Of a stretch of 41,148 bases of DNA, positions 1-8,779 are shown piece by piece. The position numbers and the translations under genes are program-made. This stretch comes from a virus (taxonomy: Duplodnaviria; Caudoviricetes), in IMG/VR virus record IMGVR_UViG_3300033480_000009, positions 1-41,148 of that record; one strand, given 5' to 3'. The first letter of the stretch is position 1. Each line of letters begins with the position of its first letter. Below the pieces are notes generated by a model. That model was not told the DNA's origin. It saw only the letters and a list, made by a program, of their open reading frames with translations, and did no database searches.

Positions 1-1690
1 ACCCTTGACGGAACAGTTCCGGGGCGAGCGGTTTGAGCACGAGGTCGGCCAGCTTTGACTCGGTGACATAGCGCATCAGGGTGCCCTGCTCGCCTGTCTG
101 CCCAATCCAGCATGCTTTCCCATTGCGCCTAACATAAATGACGTGAGAAGACACCGTGCAGCAATATACCGTGCCAGCATATTGTTCAAGGTAACGGTTG
201 TCTTCCGATATTTCAGCTTTCACTTTTTCTTTGCTGACGTACACCTCGTACGCTACTCTACGACTCACGCATTCGATGCCATTTATCATGTGGGACTCGC
301 CTACGCGATCTCTGATGCCAACAATCGCCGCCCAGTTGACTTTAAGTGCCAGCTCCTGCAAATCATCAGCAAGTCGTTTGCTGACGGTCGTATAAGTAAG
401 ATTTGTCTCTCTGCGCGAACCGTCACCTGCACCGTAGCCCCGAAGGAACGACTCAATGACATTGACGGAGGCATCTTTCACCCATTGTGGGACAAACTTG
501 TCGGCAGCCCGACCGAGTGGTCGCAATTGCGCTACAAGATCTACGCTGTTGATGTACAAATCTTTTCCGTACATCTTTGCACGATAGCCAGCCGCTTTGG
601 CAATCTCAATGAACTCGGATTGCTTATGTGCGGGGCAGTTCCCAAACACGATTGAGCCTCGATGACAATTTCCATCGGCGATGTACGCGCCAACGAGTGC
701 CGCAAATTCGGCAGAATGATGCAACTCGCCTTTCCATGCCCCACCTGCGCGCATAATCGTTCTGCGTTTGAAAAACGATTCTTCGGCAGGTTCAAAGAAG
801 AACTCTTTTCGATAATGATCGTCTTGGACGTACATATTGTGGCCAGGGGTGACTAAAATATCACAGCGCTTGCCTTTCCACCCGACAAGATTTCCGTCAA
901 AGTCCGCCGCAATCAGTTGACTCGGACGTTCGTACTGAATTTCCCCATCTTTCAATGTGCAAATCTCATCTTCCATCGTTACGTCTGGCCACAGCTTCCA
1001 TCCACCTTTCGTCAACACTTCGGCGTCCGGGGTGAAGCACGCCGGGCCTTTGTCGTCGTTCATCAGTTTCTTGAACTCGAAGTTCTCCAAGAAATACTTG
1101 GAGAAACCGTTCGGCCCGAACCATCCGCTCACCGCCATCTCGATGCCCGGCTTAAACTCCTGCAAGATGAACGGTGCCTTCAGCTTGTTCAATTTCTTCC
1201 AGCGCTCCAGCATGCTGATCATGTCGCGCGGGCCTTTGCTGACGTATGTGAGCGCTTTGTCGGCGTCGCCGGACGGTTTCGACACGTAACGTTTCATGGT
1301 TTTTTCCACGAACGCGATGGCCTTGTCGTAGCTGGTAAACACCGGGGAGTCGATCGTCGGGATACCTGCAGCTTCGAAAACACGCTGGCCGGTGCCGCGA
1401 TTGAGTTCCCAATCTGTCACAGCGGCGTGCGCGTTGAATATCGGGAATCCCGCCTTGCGGTATGCCTCCAACTCGCGCATGTGAATGACGTTATCGCTGG
1501 TAACGATCAAATCGGCCCACTTCATCGCAGCGCGCCAATCGGGAATCTTGTCAATCATGCCGTCGCCGACCGTGGATCGAGCGCCCTTTTTGTCGGAACC
1601 CATCCAAGTCTTAACCTGGTGGCCGTGTTCCATGCACCGCAAGGCGAAGTCGAGAAAACTCGATGGGTTGTCGATCAGAAGAATCTTCAT
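1..1690 (-). CDS. PurD-like (phosphoribosylamine-glycine ligase-like) ATP-grasp protein, intein-containing, truncated at left window edge
   Basis: Manual translation from ATG 1690 (ATGA overlap with the upstream stop) is open to the window edge: MKILLIDNPSSFLDFALRCMEHGHQVK...WELNRGTGQRVFEAAGIPT...YVSKPSG...FILQEFKPGIEMAVSGWF...EFKKLMNDDKGPA[intein]TGEQGTLMRY. The joined GPA-TGEQG corresponds to the PurD GPNTGGMG loop. Confidence 0.8.
   Translation of the reverse strand, partial: MKILLIDNPSSFLDFALRCMEHGHQVKTWMGSDKKGARSTVGDGMIDKIPDWRAAMKWADLIVTSDNVIHMRELEAYRKAGFPIFNAHAAVTDWELNRGTGQRVFEAAGIPTIDSPVFTSYDKAIAFVEKTMKRYVSKPSGDADKALTYVSKGPRDMISMLERWKKLNKLKAPFILQEFKPGIEMAVSGWFGPNGFSKYFLENFEFKKLMNDDKGPACFTPDAEVLTKGGWKLWPDVTMEDEICTLKDGEIQYERPSQLIAADFDGNLVGWKGKRCDILVTPGHNMYVQDDHYRKEFFFEPAEESFFKRRTIMRAGGAWKGELHHSAEFAALVGAYIADGNCHRGSIVFGNCPAHKQSEFIEIAKAAGYRAKMYGKDLYINSVDLVAQLRPLGRAADKFVPQWVKDASVNVIESFLRGYGAGDGSRRETNLTYTTVSKRLADDLQELALKVNWAAIVGIRDRVGESHMINGIECVSRRVAYEVYVSKEKVKAEISEDNRYLEQYAGTVYCCTVSSHVIYVRRNGKACWIGQTGEQGTLMRYVTESKLADLVLKPLAPELFRQG
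98..1039 (-). mobile_element. Intein with LAGLIDADG homing endonuclease (314 aa)
   Basis: Block A CFTPDAEVLTKGGW; block B LVTPGHNMYV; endonuclease motifs LVGAYIADG and FLRGYGAGDG; TTVSKRLADDLQELAL; block F/G YAGTVYCCTVSSHVIYVRRNGKACWIGQ followed by +1 Thr. Confidence 0.92.
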
Positions 1691-4467
1691 GGTTGAACGG
1701 CTCCTTTGGGCGGCATTGTATCATCGTCGCGCTGACCTTGCCCGAGCACGGTCGCTGCAACAGAACGGATGCCGTGTGCGACGAGGTGATCGTTCAGAAC
1801 CTTCTCGGCGGCCTTCGTACCACTACGCGAGTAGTCCGCGATGGCGCGGGCAAGCTCCGGGTCATAAACAGCACTCTTCATCAGGCGCTCAACCTCGTCA
1901 TTACGCAGCTTGTCCCACCACCGGGCACCCATGCCGCTCATCTCTTGAACCTTGCCGGATCTACCTCGCGCAACGGCGATGGCGCTGGACACGGCCTGCT
2001 TGACTGTTGTGCCGTACCCAGCGAGCACATCGCCTTCCTTCTGGTACTGGACGTAGCCGGGCGGCTTGACGCTCTCCGCAATCTCGCGCGCCTGGGAAAT
2101 TGTGCGCAAATTGGCAAACTGCCGTCCGCCAAGCACCTTCCTCAAGGTTTTTTCGTTCGTTTTCATGAACTGCGCGGAGTTCGGCGTGCCGAGGACGTGC
2201 TCCATGATGCCGCGAGCAAGGTCTTTGCGCGACTCGGCCCCCGCGTTCAGCAGCAGCGTGTCCATGTACTTCGGCGACTTGATTGCGTTGGCGATAATTT
2301 TCGCAGGATTCTCTTCGGCGGCCACGGACGCTAACGTGCTACGGGCCAAGTCGGACCGGCCATTCACTGCGCGCGCAGTGTTCTCCTTGAGCGACGCAGT
2401 GGCCCGCTCAACCGACTCGATCTTCTTGCGAATGTCAGGAACTGCAGAAAGCGGCTCTTTGTACTCGCGCAAGAACGCCTCCAGCGCGGTCTTCGATACC
2501 TTTCCGTCACGAACAACGCGCTTAGATAGCATGTCGAATATGCCATTTTCCAGCAGTTGCCTGCCACGCGGGTCGTTCCCGGCGACGGTCAGGAATTCAG
2601 AAACACCAGACGGATCGCCTTTCTTGAAGATCAGCGACTCCGTAATCTTCGCATTCTCTGTCGCAGGCCCGAAACGCCCGTCTTTCAGGATTTCGGCGCC
2701 AGCGCCCCGCTTGAACAGTGGTGCGTACTGGTCGCGGTAATAGGAGTTGGCGGTCATGAGCTTTTTGCCCAATTCACCGTGCGCGGGGGATGCCATCTCT
2801 TCAATTTTGGCCTTCAGAACGCCACGAACCGAGTTCACCACGGGCAGCTTCTGGGCAGCCTGCATGTCCCCAGCAGATGCGGCGCGGGCGAGCACGTCTG
2901 CCTCACGGTTCGCTTCCCTGTACAACGATTCAAATTCACCGTATGTCGCCACGGGCGGTTTCTGCGCTTGTGCCGCACCACGCAATGTGATTTTCCCGCC
3001 AGCCGGGGTGGTTTTCACAGTGGGCGGTTGCACTTTACCTTCGGCGGAATACTCGCGCAGGATCTTTCCAACAATGCCGGGGTCTTCCTGAAACTTCCTG
3101 AAGTTGCTGCCTGCGCTGGCTTTGGCCACATCGACAACATCACCAACGTTGACCTTCACGCCCAACTTATCGGCGGTGGCGGCAACCTCCTTGTACAGCG
3201 CGTCCTTCTTCTGGCGGGCCAGGTTCAGTCGATCTGTGACCAACTTCCGCTGCTGCGTTCCGATTTCTTCAATGTCGCCGCGAGGCAACGACGCTGCCAA
3301 CTTACGCTCTTGACGATCCAGGTTCTTCAGCCCTTCATCAAAGCTACGCAGCTTGTCCGCATACACGTACTTTAGCTCATCCTGCGCACTCCATTCGGAT
3401 GCTGGGAATCGCTTCTCCGAGTATTGACGGATTGCTTCTTGCAGACCACGCTCGCGCTGGCCGGCAGCTTCCAACATGGCCGGATCGGTCGATGCAAAGT
3501 GGTGCTCCATAGACTTCACGGCCGGCGAGCCTGTCACGCGGCCAAGCGTCAGGTTCTCACCGAAGCCTGGCACACGGGACGCGACATCCTTGGAACGCGC
3601 GATCGCCTGTTGGGCCGCCTCGGTTTCCAACTGAGGGCGAAGCCTGCCGGCAGCCACTTCTTTCGCCTGTTCCATCTGCTGTTCGGCGAAACGTTGCATC
3701 TGCGCATCGCGCGAGGCTTGCGTCAGTCCTGTGGGGATGCCCATCTTACTGATCCAATTGCCGCCCTTCACTGCGGCATCTATCGCTTTCTGTACAAGCA
3801 ACGGCCCAGTCATGCTTCCGAGCGCTTCGCCTGCGGCCTTCTTGCGCTCGCTCGGTTCGCCGAACACGTCTAGGTTGGCCAGGTACCCACCCATGGTCAT
3901 ACCTTCTCCAGCGAGCGCCGTGCCGGCCAGTTCTTTTGCAAGGGCGACGCCGGGGCGCGCGGATCGCATCACCGTGCCTGCGCCGGGTATTACGTTCATT
4001 CCCGCCATTTCTGCAATGTTGCCGGCAACTTCAGCGGTAAATCGTGGCTGCCCAGACTCGTCGCGCGGAACAGGCATGTGAGGGTCATACGCCCCCGTGC
4101 TTTCAATTGCTCGGTTGTACTGCTCGGTTGCCGGGAACATGGATTGAGGCACGTTTCGGCCAAGCAGGCGCTCATACGGGCGCAACGGCATCGCCACAAC
4201 GTCAGCCGCGAGCGGCCCCATCGCTGGGAGTGCCGCCACGCCCTGCTTAAATTTGTTCCAGAGGTATGCCCCAGACGGTTCCTCTTGAGGTGCGGCGGCG
4301 GCCGGAGGTGTTGCAGCTGGTGCTGCGGCTGGCAAGCCCAGTACCATGAACTTACCCTCGGCATTTTTCGCAGCTTTGTCAACCGGAACCCACGCCCCAT
4401 TGTGGAGCGCTACAAATTTGCCCTCGGCGTTCTTGGCTACTTTCTCAACTGGCGTCCAATCGGCCAT
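1687..4467 (-). CDS. Large internal virion / DNA ejection protein (926 aa)
   Basis: Long Ala-rich helical ORF, last of three such genes after the head genes (P22 gp7/gp20/gp16-like order); assignment is positional. Confidence 0.6.
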   Translation of the reverse strand: MADWTPVEKVAKNAEGKFVALHNGAWVPVDKAAKNAEGKFMVLGLPAAAPAATPPAAAAPQEEPSGAYLWNKFKQGVAALPAMGPLAADVVAMPLRPYERLLGRNVPQSMFPATEQYNRAIESTGAYDPHMPVPRDESGQPRFTAEVAGNIAEMAGMNVIPGAGTVMRSARPGVALAKELAGTALAGEGMTMGGYLANLDVFGEPSERKKAAGEALGSMTGPLLVQKAIDAAVKGGNWISKMGIPTGLTQASRDAQMQRFAEQQMEQAKEVAAGRLRPQLETEAAQQAIARSKDVASRVPGFGENLTLGRVTGSPAVKSMEHHFASTDPAMLEAAGQRERGLQEAIRQYSEKRFPASEWSAQDELKYVYADKLRSFDEGLKNLDRQERKLAASLPRGDIEEIGTQQRKLVTDRLNLARQKKDALYKEVAATADKLGVKVNVGDVVDVAKASAGSNFRKFQEDPGIVGKILREYSAEGKVQPPTVKTTPAGGKITLRGAAQAQKPPVATYGEFESLYREANREADVLARAASAGDMQAAQKLPVVNSVRGVLKAKIEEMASPAHGELGKKLMTANSYYRDQYAPLFKRGAGAEILKDGRFGPATENAKITESLIFKKGDPSGVSEFLTVAGNDPRGRQLLENGIFDMLSKRVVRDGKVSKTALEAFLREYKEPLSAVPDIRKKIESVERATASLKENTARAVNGRSDLARSTLASVAAEENPAKIIANAIKSPKYMDTLLLNAGAESRKDLARGIMEHVLGTPNSAQFMKTNEKTLRKVLGGRQFANLRTISQAREIAESVKPPGYVQYQKEGDVLAGYGTTVKQAVSSAIAVARGRSGKVQEMSGMGARWWDKLRNDEVERLMKSAVYDPELARAIADYSRSGTKAAEKVLNDHLVAHGIRSVAATVLGQGQRDDDTMPPKGAVQP

Positions 4468-4469
4468 GT

Positions 4470-5669
4470 CTACTCCCCCATCACGGTGAACCCCGCAGGA
4501 AGCGGCGGCGTGCCACTGCTCGCAGGTGCGGTCGGCGCGGCGGGTGCATAAGCATCCGACTCATCTGCCACATCGGGGTCATAGCCGAACGTCTTGGCCT
4601 GCTTCTTGTAGCGGTCAACAATACTCTTCCGTGCGGGCGAGAATACCTTCGAGTCCATTTCAGACACAAGGTCAATGATCATCTTCCGGTCATCGGACGA
4701 ATACTTGCCGGAGATGAACCGATTCAGTGCCCCAGCAAACCGTTGCTCGATGTTACCGAAATTCTTGTTGTCCGCGTAAATCTGATTCGTGGCACGCAGA
4801 TGCGTGTACAGGTCGGACAGCGCTTGCTGCACCTGGGCTGTGCCGACCGCATTGCCGCTTTGGAGCAACGCACGAATCTTCGCAGTTTTCATCTGGGCGT
4901 CAGTTACCGGCGCGAGGTCTTTCGTCTCGCGCGCCTTGAAGGCATTCAGATGGCCGAGATTGCCCGCCCCGCTACCACCCGCGCCGCCAGCCGGCCCGAC
5001 CACCTTGCGCACTTCGCCAGTCTGTGTGTTCTTCTGAACAGTCGCGCCATTCAGCGTGTATGGGTCAGACCAATCGCCTTTATCTGCCGTGCCACGAATT
5101 ACCGACCGGATTTCGCCAGTCTTCGCATTGGCCTGCACAATGGCCCCATTCAGCTCATACGGTTGCGACCACTCGCCTTTGGCCGCTAAGTACGGCGCCA
5201 TCTGCTCCATATACAGGCGATACGCATCGGGGTCGGACGGCGCGTTCGCTTGGATACCTTGCATGGTGATCTGCTGCGGACTGACTGGCTGCGCGGGCGC
5301 TGCAGCAGGTGCAGCCGGCGATTGCGGGCGCTGCGGCAACACGACCTGGCCAGGCATCGGAGCAGGTTGGCCGGGTTGCAGCGCACGGTACGGCTGGAGC
5401 TGTGGCGGTTGTGCCATCGGTACGGAGGGGGCGCCGGGGGCGGGCGCTTGTGGCTGGCCAGGCGTGCCGAACGCGGACTGCATGGTCTTCTGGAACGCCT
5501 CTGTAGCCGCCCGTTGAGCATTCGCTGCAGCGGCCTCTTTAACCTGCTGCTCGCGTGCCTGCTGCAGACGAAGCTGATTCGCCTGCATTGCCTGATAGTC
5601 AGACTGCCCTTGCAGCGCGCCACCCGCCGCCGCGCCGAAGTTACTTCCGAAGAAACCGCCCAGTGCCAT
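4470..5669 (-). CDS. Putative DNA ejection/transfer protein
   Basis: Gly/Ala/Gln/Pro-rich; internal duplicated WSxPYxLNGAxVQxNxxTGExR motif; position in the ejection cluster. Confidence 0.55.
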   Translation of the reverse strand: MALGGFFGSNFGAAAGGALQGQSDYQAMQANQLRLQQAREQQVKEAAAANAQRAATEAFQKTMQSAFGTPGQPQAPAPGAPSVPMAQPPQLQPYRALQPGQPAPMPGQVVLPQRPQSPAAPAAAPAQPVSPQQITMQGIQANAPSDPDAYRLYMEQMAPYLAAKGEWSQPYELNGAIVQANAKTGEIRSVIRGTADKGDWSDPYTLNGATVQKNTQTGEVRKVVGPAGGAGGSGAGNLGHLNAFKARETKDLAPVTDAQMKTAKIRALLQSGNAVGTAQVQQALSDLYTHLRATNQIYADNKNFGNIEQRFAGALNRFISGKYSSDDRKMIIDLVSEMDSKVFSPARKSIVDRYKKQAKTFGYDPDVADESDAYAPAAPTAPASSGTPPLPAGFTVMGE

Positions 5670-5681
5670 CTCTGTCTCCCA

Positions 5682-6740
5682 TCAAGGCATATAGCTTGGA
5701 GTGTACATCCCCATGTCTGCCGGACCCATCAACTGCGTGGTTGGGGTGTAGAACCCAGTCATATCCGCTCCGGGTTGGCTTCCACCAGTACCACCACTGA
5801 ACCAACCGGAAGCATCCATCCCCGCCTGAATGCCGCGTGCTGCAAGGTTGCCAATATTGGCTGCATCTTGGCGTTGCAGCTGCTGCTGCCCGTAAGACTG
5901 GCCCGCCGCTTGGGCTTGCGCAGACTGACCCAAGCCCAAATAGTTCGCCATATTGTTGATCTGCTGCTGATACGGCGTCATTGTACCCTGCATTGCTGCC
6001 TGATTGGCGGCAAGCGCGCCAAATTGACCTTGCCCGATCCCTTGCGCGGTCTGATACGGCAGTGCGCCGGCCTGCTGTTGCATACCAACGCCGGTCTGAC
6101 CGAACCCGAGTCCCGTGCCGGCCGCGCCAGTGTATGCGTTAATGCCCTGATTCAGCGCCTGCTGACCCTGTATCTGGCGCTGCAACTGCTGCTGTTGCCA
6201 CGCAAGATCGAAATTTGTCAAATTCTGGCCAGCAACACCCGCACCGACCGGCGACGCACCCAGCCCGTACTGGGAGTTGATCGCATTCGACTGATCCATG
6301 ACGCGCTGTTGCATCTGGCGATACAGCGCGTCTTGCGGGTCGGCCGCAGTCTGCCACACCTGCTGGCCAGCTTGCAGCGCTTGCGTTCCGGCATCCATCG
6401 CACCCCGCCCAGCAGCCGCCGCACGACTGGCCCAGTCGCCGGACATTCCGCCCGCTTGGCCGGCGGCTGTTTGTGCCGCTGCGGCGTACGGGTTGGAGTA
6501 CATCGCTTGGAATGCTTGATTCGCGTAGCTCGGGTCCATCCCGTAGAACTGCTGCGCCGTCTTCAGGTAATCCTGTGTGCCGGACTGCAAGTTCTTCGCC
6601 ATCTCGGCTTGGCCTGGCAATTGCACCGTTGGCGCAACACCGGGGGCGCTGCCGCCGCGAGACGGTGACAACAACGAGCCGACCAGGCTTCCGCCAACTC
6701 CCGACGCGATACCTCCTGCAATAGCTGCTCCGATTGGCAT
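5682..6740 (-). CDS. Putative DNA ejection/pilot protein (gp7-like)
   Basis: N-terminal hydrophobic Gly/Ala segment (GAAIAGGIASGVGGSLVGSLL) and Gln/Ala/Gly-rich body typical of podovirus pilot proteins. Confidence 0.6.
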   Translation of the reverse strand: MPIGAAIAGGIASGVGGSLVGSLLSPSRGGSAPGVAPTVQLPGQAEMAKNLQSGTQDYLKTAQQFYGMDPSYANQAFQAMYSNPYAAAAQTAAGQAGGMSGDWASRAAAAGRGAMDAGTQALQAGQQVWQTAADPQDALYRQMQQRVMDQSNAINSQYGLGASPVGAGVAGQNLTNFDLAWQQQQLQRQIQGQQALNQGINAYTGAAGTGLGFGQTGVGMQQQAGALPYQTAQGIGQGQFGALAANQAAMQGTMTPYQQQINNMANYLGLGQSAQAQAAGQSYGQQQLQRQDAANIGNLAARGIQAGMDASGWFSGGTGGSQPGADMTGFYTPTTQLMGPADMGMYTPSYMP

Positions 6741-6741
6741 A

Positions 6742-7245
6742 TCAAACTCCCCTTAATTCCGTCATCAACCTACGAACCGCGTCTTTATTCACGGTCAGTT
6801 CCTCAAAACTCGGCTGCATCGCAATCTTGCACAATTCGGCATGCCGCTCCTCGTCAAACTCTTTCTGCAACAGGTGCTCGTAAATCTCGCGCGGCCTGTT
6901 AAACAGCGCGCCCCACTCAACGTGCATGCCGGCGATGCCCCACAGCTTGTCTTCCGCGTCCTGATCCAGTGTCGGCATGCCGATCGCACGCAGCGACTCG
7001 TTTACTTCCACAACGTCCCGGTGCAGTATCACTTTCCGGGCCGGATGCGCGTTCAGCCACTCTGGGAACAGCATCAAACCTGTGCAACTCACGCCGAGAC
7101 GTTTCTTACTTACAATCCCATCCAACTCATCGTAGTGCCGATCCCACAACGGGTCGTGCAGGCACAGCGTGTCGTCGGTTGTGAGCCAGTTACTTGCCCA
7201 CGTTGTTCCGCTCCTGGGGAGCGCGATGACCATGAACTCGATCAT
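6742..7245 (-). CDS. Sulfotransferase-like P-loop protein
   Basis: IALPRSGTTWASNWL..CLHDP resembles the 5'-PSB loop and VILHRDVVEVNESL the 3'-PB motif of PAPS-dependent sulfotransferases. Confidence 0.6.
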   Translation of the reverse strand: MIEFMVIALPRSGTTWASNWLTTDDTLCLHDPLWDRHYDELDGIVSKKRLGVSCTGLMLFPEWLNAHPARKVILHRDVVEVNESLRAIGMPTLDQDAEDKLWGIAGMHVEWGALFNRPREIYEHLLQKEFDEERHAELCKIAMQPSFEELTVNKDAVRRLMTELRGV

Positions 7246-7901
7246 GGGTAAAGTTTGGTCGCACGCAGCGACCTTGGGTTATTGAAACGCCGCGGGTCGA
7301 GCTTTACGGTTTTCAGCGTGTTGCCGTTATTCAGCATCAAGTATCTGCGCAAAATATCGTCGGCCTGCGCATCAAACTGCGTCGCACGCACATCGTCAGT
7401 GATCTGCATCATCTTGGCTGTCAGTTTCGTGATTAAATACGACTGGTCCTGAAACCACGGAACAGCAGTGCTAGTATCGGGGCTGGCGAGCTCAACCGTT
7501 GTGTCCATGTACCGGAGCGTCACGCTCAACGGAACCAGTGGTAACGGGTAGAACTGCAGAACATTGTTCGATTGATCTACAGTGAAAATTTCAGGATAGG
7601 CCGAATTGTTCGGGCCGGTGAATAGCTGGTCAAATTCGTCGGTAGCATACTCGACGAGGTAAAACACGGCACCTTCCACGTTGTAGAAGCACTCGCGGGC
7701 ACGAAGGAATGCAACAGGCAGTTGGTACTGCTGCTGATTTGGCAGAACGTTCAGCGTAAGTGTACGCCGAACGTTGTCGAGATTCTGATTGAGCGCTAAG
7801 CCAAGTAGCGTTTCATTGAGCCGCTGCCCTGCCACTTGCGTCATGCCGGGGCATTTCGCAATCTGGCAGGCCGTTTGTACGATTTGAGCGGCAGTCAGCA
7901 T
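7242..7901 (-). CDS. Head-tail adaptor / tail tubular protein A-like
   Basis: 219 aa; MLTAAQIV start, QQYQLPVAF and LQFYPLP motifs; located downstream of the capsid gene. Confidence 0.6.
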   Translation of the reverse strand: MLTAAQIVQTACQIAKCPGMTQVAGQRLNETLLGLALNQNLDNVRRTLTLNVLPNQQQYQLPVAFLRARECFYNVEGAVFYLVEYATDEFDQLFTGPNNSAYPEIFTVDQSNNVLQFYPLPLVPLSVTLRYMDTTVELASPDTSTAVPWFQDQSYLITKLTAKMMQITDDVRATQFDAQADDILRRYLMLNNGNTLKTVKLDPRRFNNPRSLRATKLYP

Positions 7902-7905
7902 GATG

Positions 7906-8286
7906 TCAAATGAGCTTTTTCAGAGATTCAATGCCCAGTTCGCGTTGGGCAATTTGGGTATCCAGGCGTTCTACAGTCTGCTTCAGAGTCTGGATCTGCT
8001 GACGCTCGGCAGTCTTCGCGGTGCCTTTTTCTTCGGCTTGGCGCAGTTGCTCGATCATCTGTGTGCGGGTATTTTGCGCATCTTTCAGCAGACGCTCCTC
8101 TTCAGCGAGAACGGTCTTTGCGCGTTGACGGGAGAAGATATTGATCCACTTGTCCAATTCCAGGTTGATCACTTCATCCGGTGCGCCGATCGGGAAATTC
8201 CCAGTGACATCAATGCTGATTCCGTCGGCGGTTTGTGCGCCAATGCGAAATGCGTAGCCGATGTCCTTCTTTTTCTCTTCGCTCAT
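7906..8286 (-). CDS. Hypothetical protein with C-terminal coiled coil
   Basis: ORF with GAGG RBS within the operon. Confidence 0.6.
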   Translation of the reverse strand: MSEEKKKDIGYAFRIGAQTADGISIDVTGNFPIGAPDEVINLELDKWINIFSRQRAKTVLAEEERLLKDAQNTRTQMIEQLRQAEEKGTAKTAERQQIQTLKQTVERLDTQIAQRELGIESLKKLI

Positions 8287-8308
8287 TGTCTACCTCTCAT
8301 GGTGGTTA

Positions 8309-8707
8309 TTAACGACGGCCCTGCAGACGATGCCCGGACGGGGAAACTTCGCCACGTACCACGCGCTCGTGCATCTTGGTGTTGAACATTACCTCGTTCA
8401 GCACAGGGAGCAAGTCTTCACGCACAGTGGCGATCTGGCCGTGGTGGAACTCTTGCTCATTGATGACTATTTTATCAGTAGACTGGCCGAGGTCAATCTG
8501 AACTTTGAACCACTTGAGCTTTTTCACTTCCGGTTCCTGCAATTTCTCCGGGGTAGCAACTCGCTCGGTCTTGCTCACATCCATAACTGGAGTGGGCGCA
8601 CCTTCAATTCGGCCACCATGATCGGCGGTCGGGGCCATCTCAACACGATCCTCGACGTGAGGGTCGGCTTTGGTCGCAGGGCGGCCAGGCGGACGGTTTG
8701 TGCTCAT
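8309..8707 (-). CDS. Hypothetical protein
   Basis: ORF with AAGGAG RBS immediately after the capsid terminator. Confidence 0.6.
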   Translation of the reverse strand: MSTNRPPGRPATKADPHVEDRVEMAPTADHGGRIEGAPTPVMDVSKTERVATPEKLQEPEVKKLKWFKVQIDLGQSTDKIVINEQEFHHGQIATVREDLLPVLNEVMFNTKMHERVVRGEVSPSGHRLQGRR

Positions 8708-8728
8708 CTCAATACTCCTTGTTCACGT

Positions 8729-8764
8729 TAAAAAAGGGGGAACCGCTCAACACAGCTCCCCCGC
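8729..8764 (-). terminator. Rho-independent terminator after major capsid gene
   Basis: GGGGGAGCTG-loop-CGGTTCCCCC followed by a T run on the minus strand. Confidence 0.8.
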
Positions 8765-8779
8765 CTTACACCCTACCGA

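Noticed and set aside
1-1690. Z-genome (PurZ) interpretation of the purine-enzyme homologue
   Set aside because: PurZ is PurA-like; this protein has ATP-grasp/PurD motifs.
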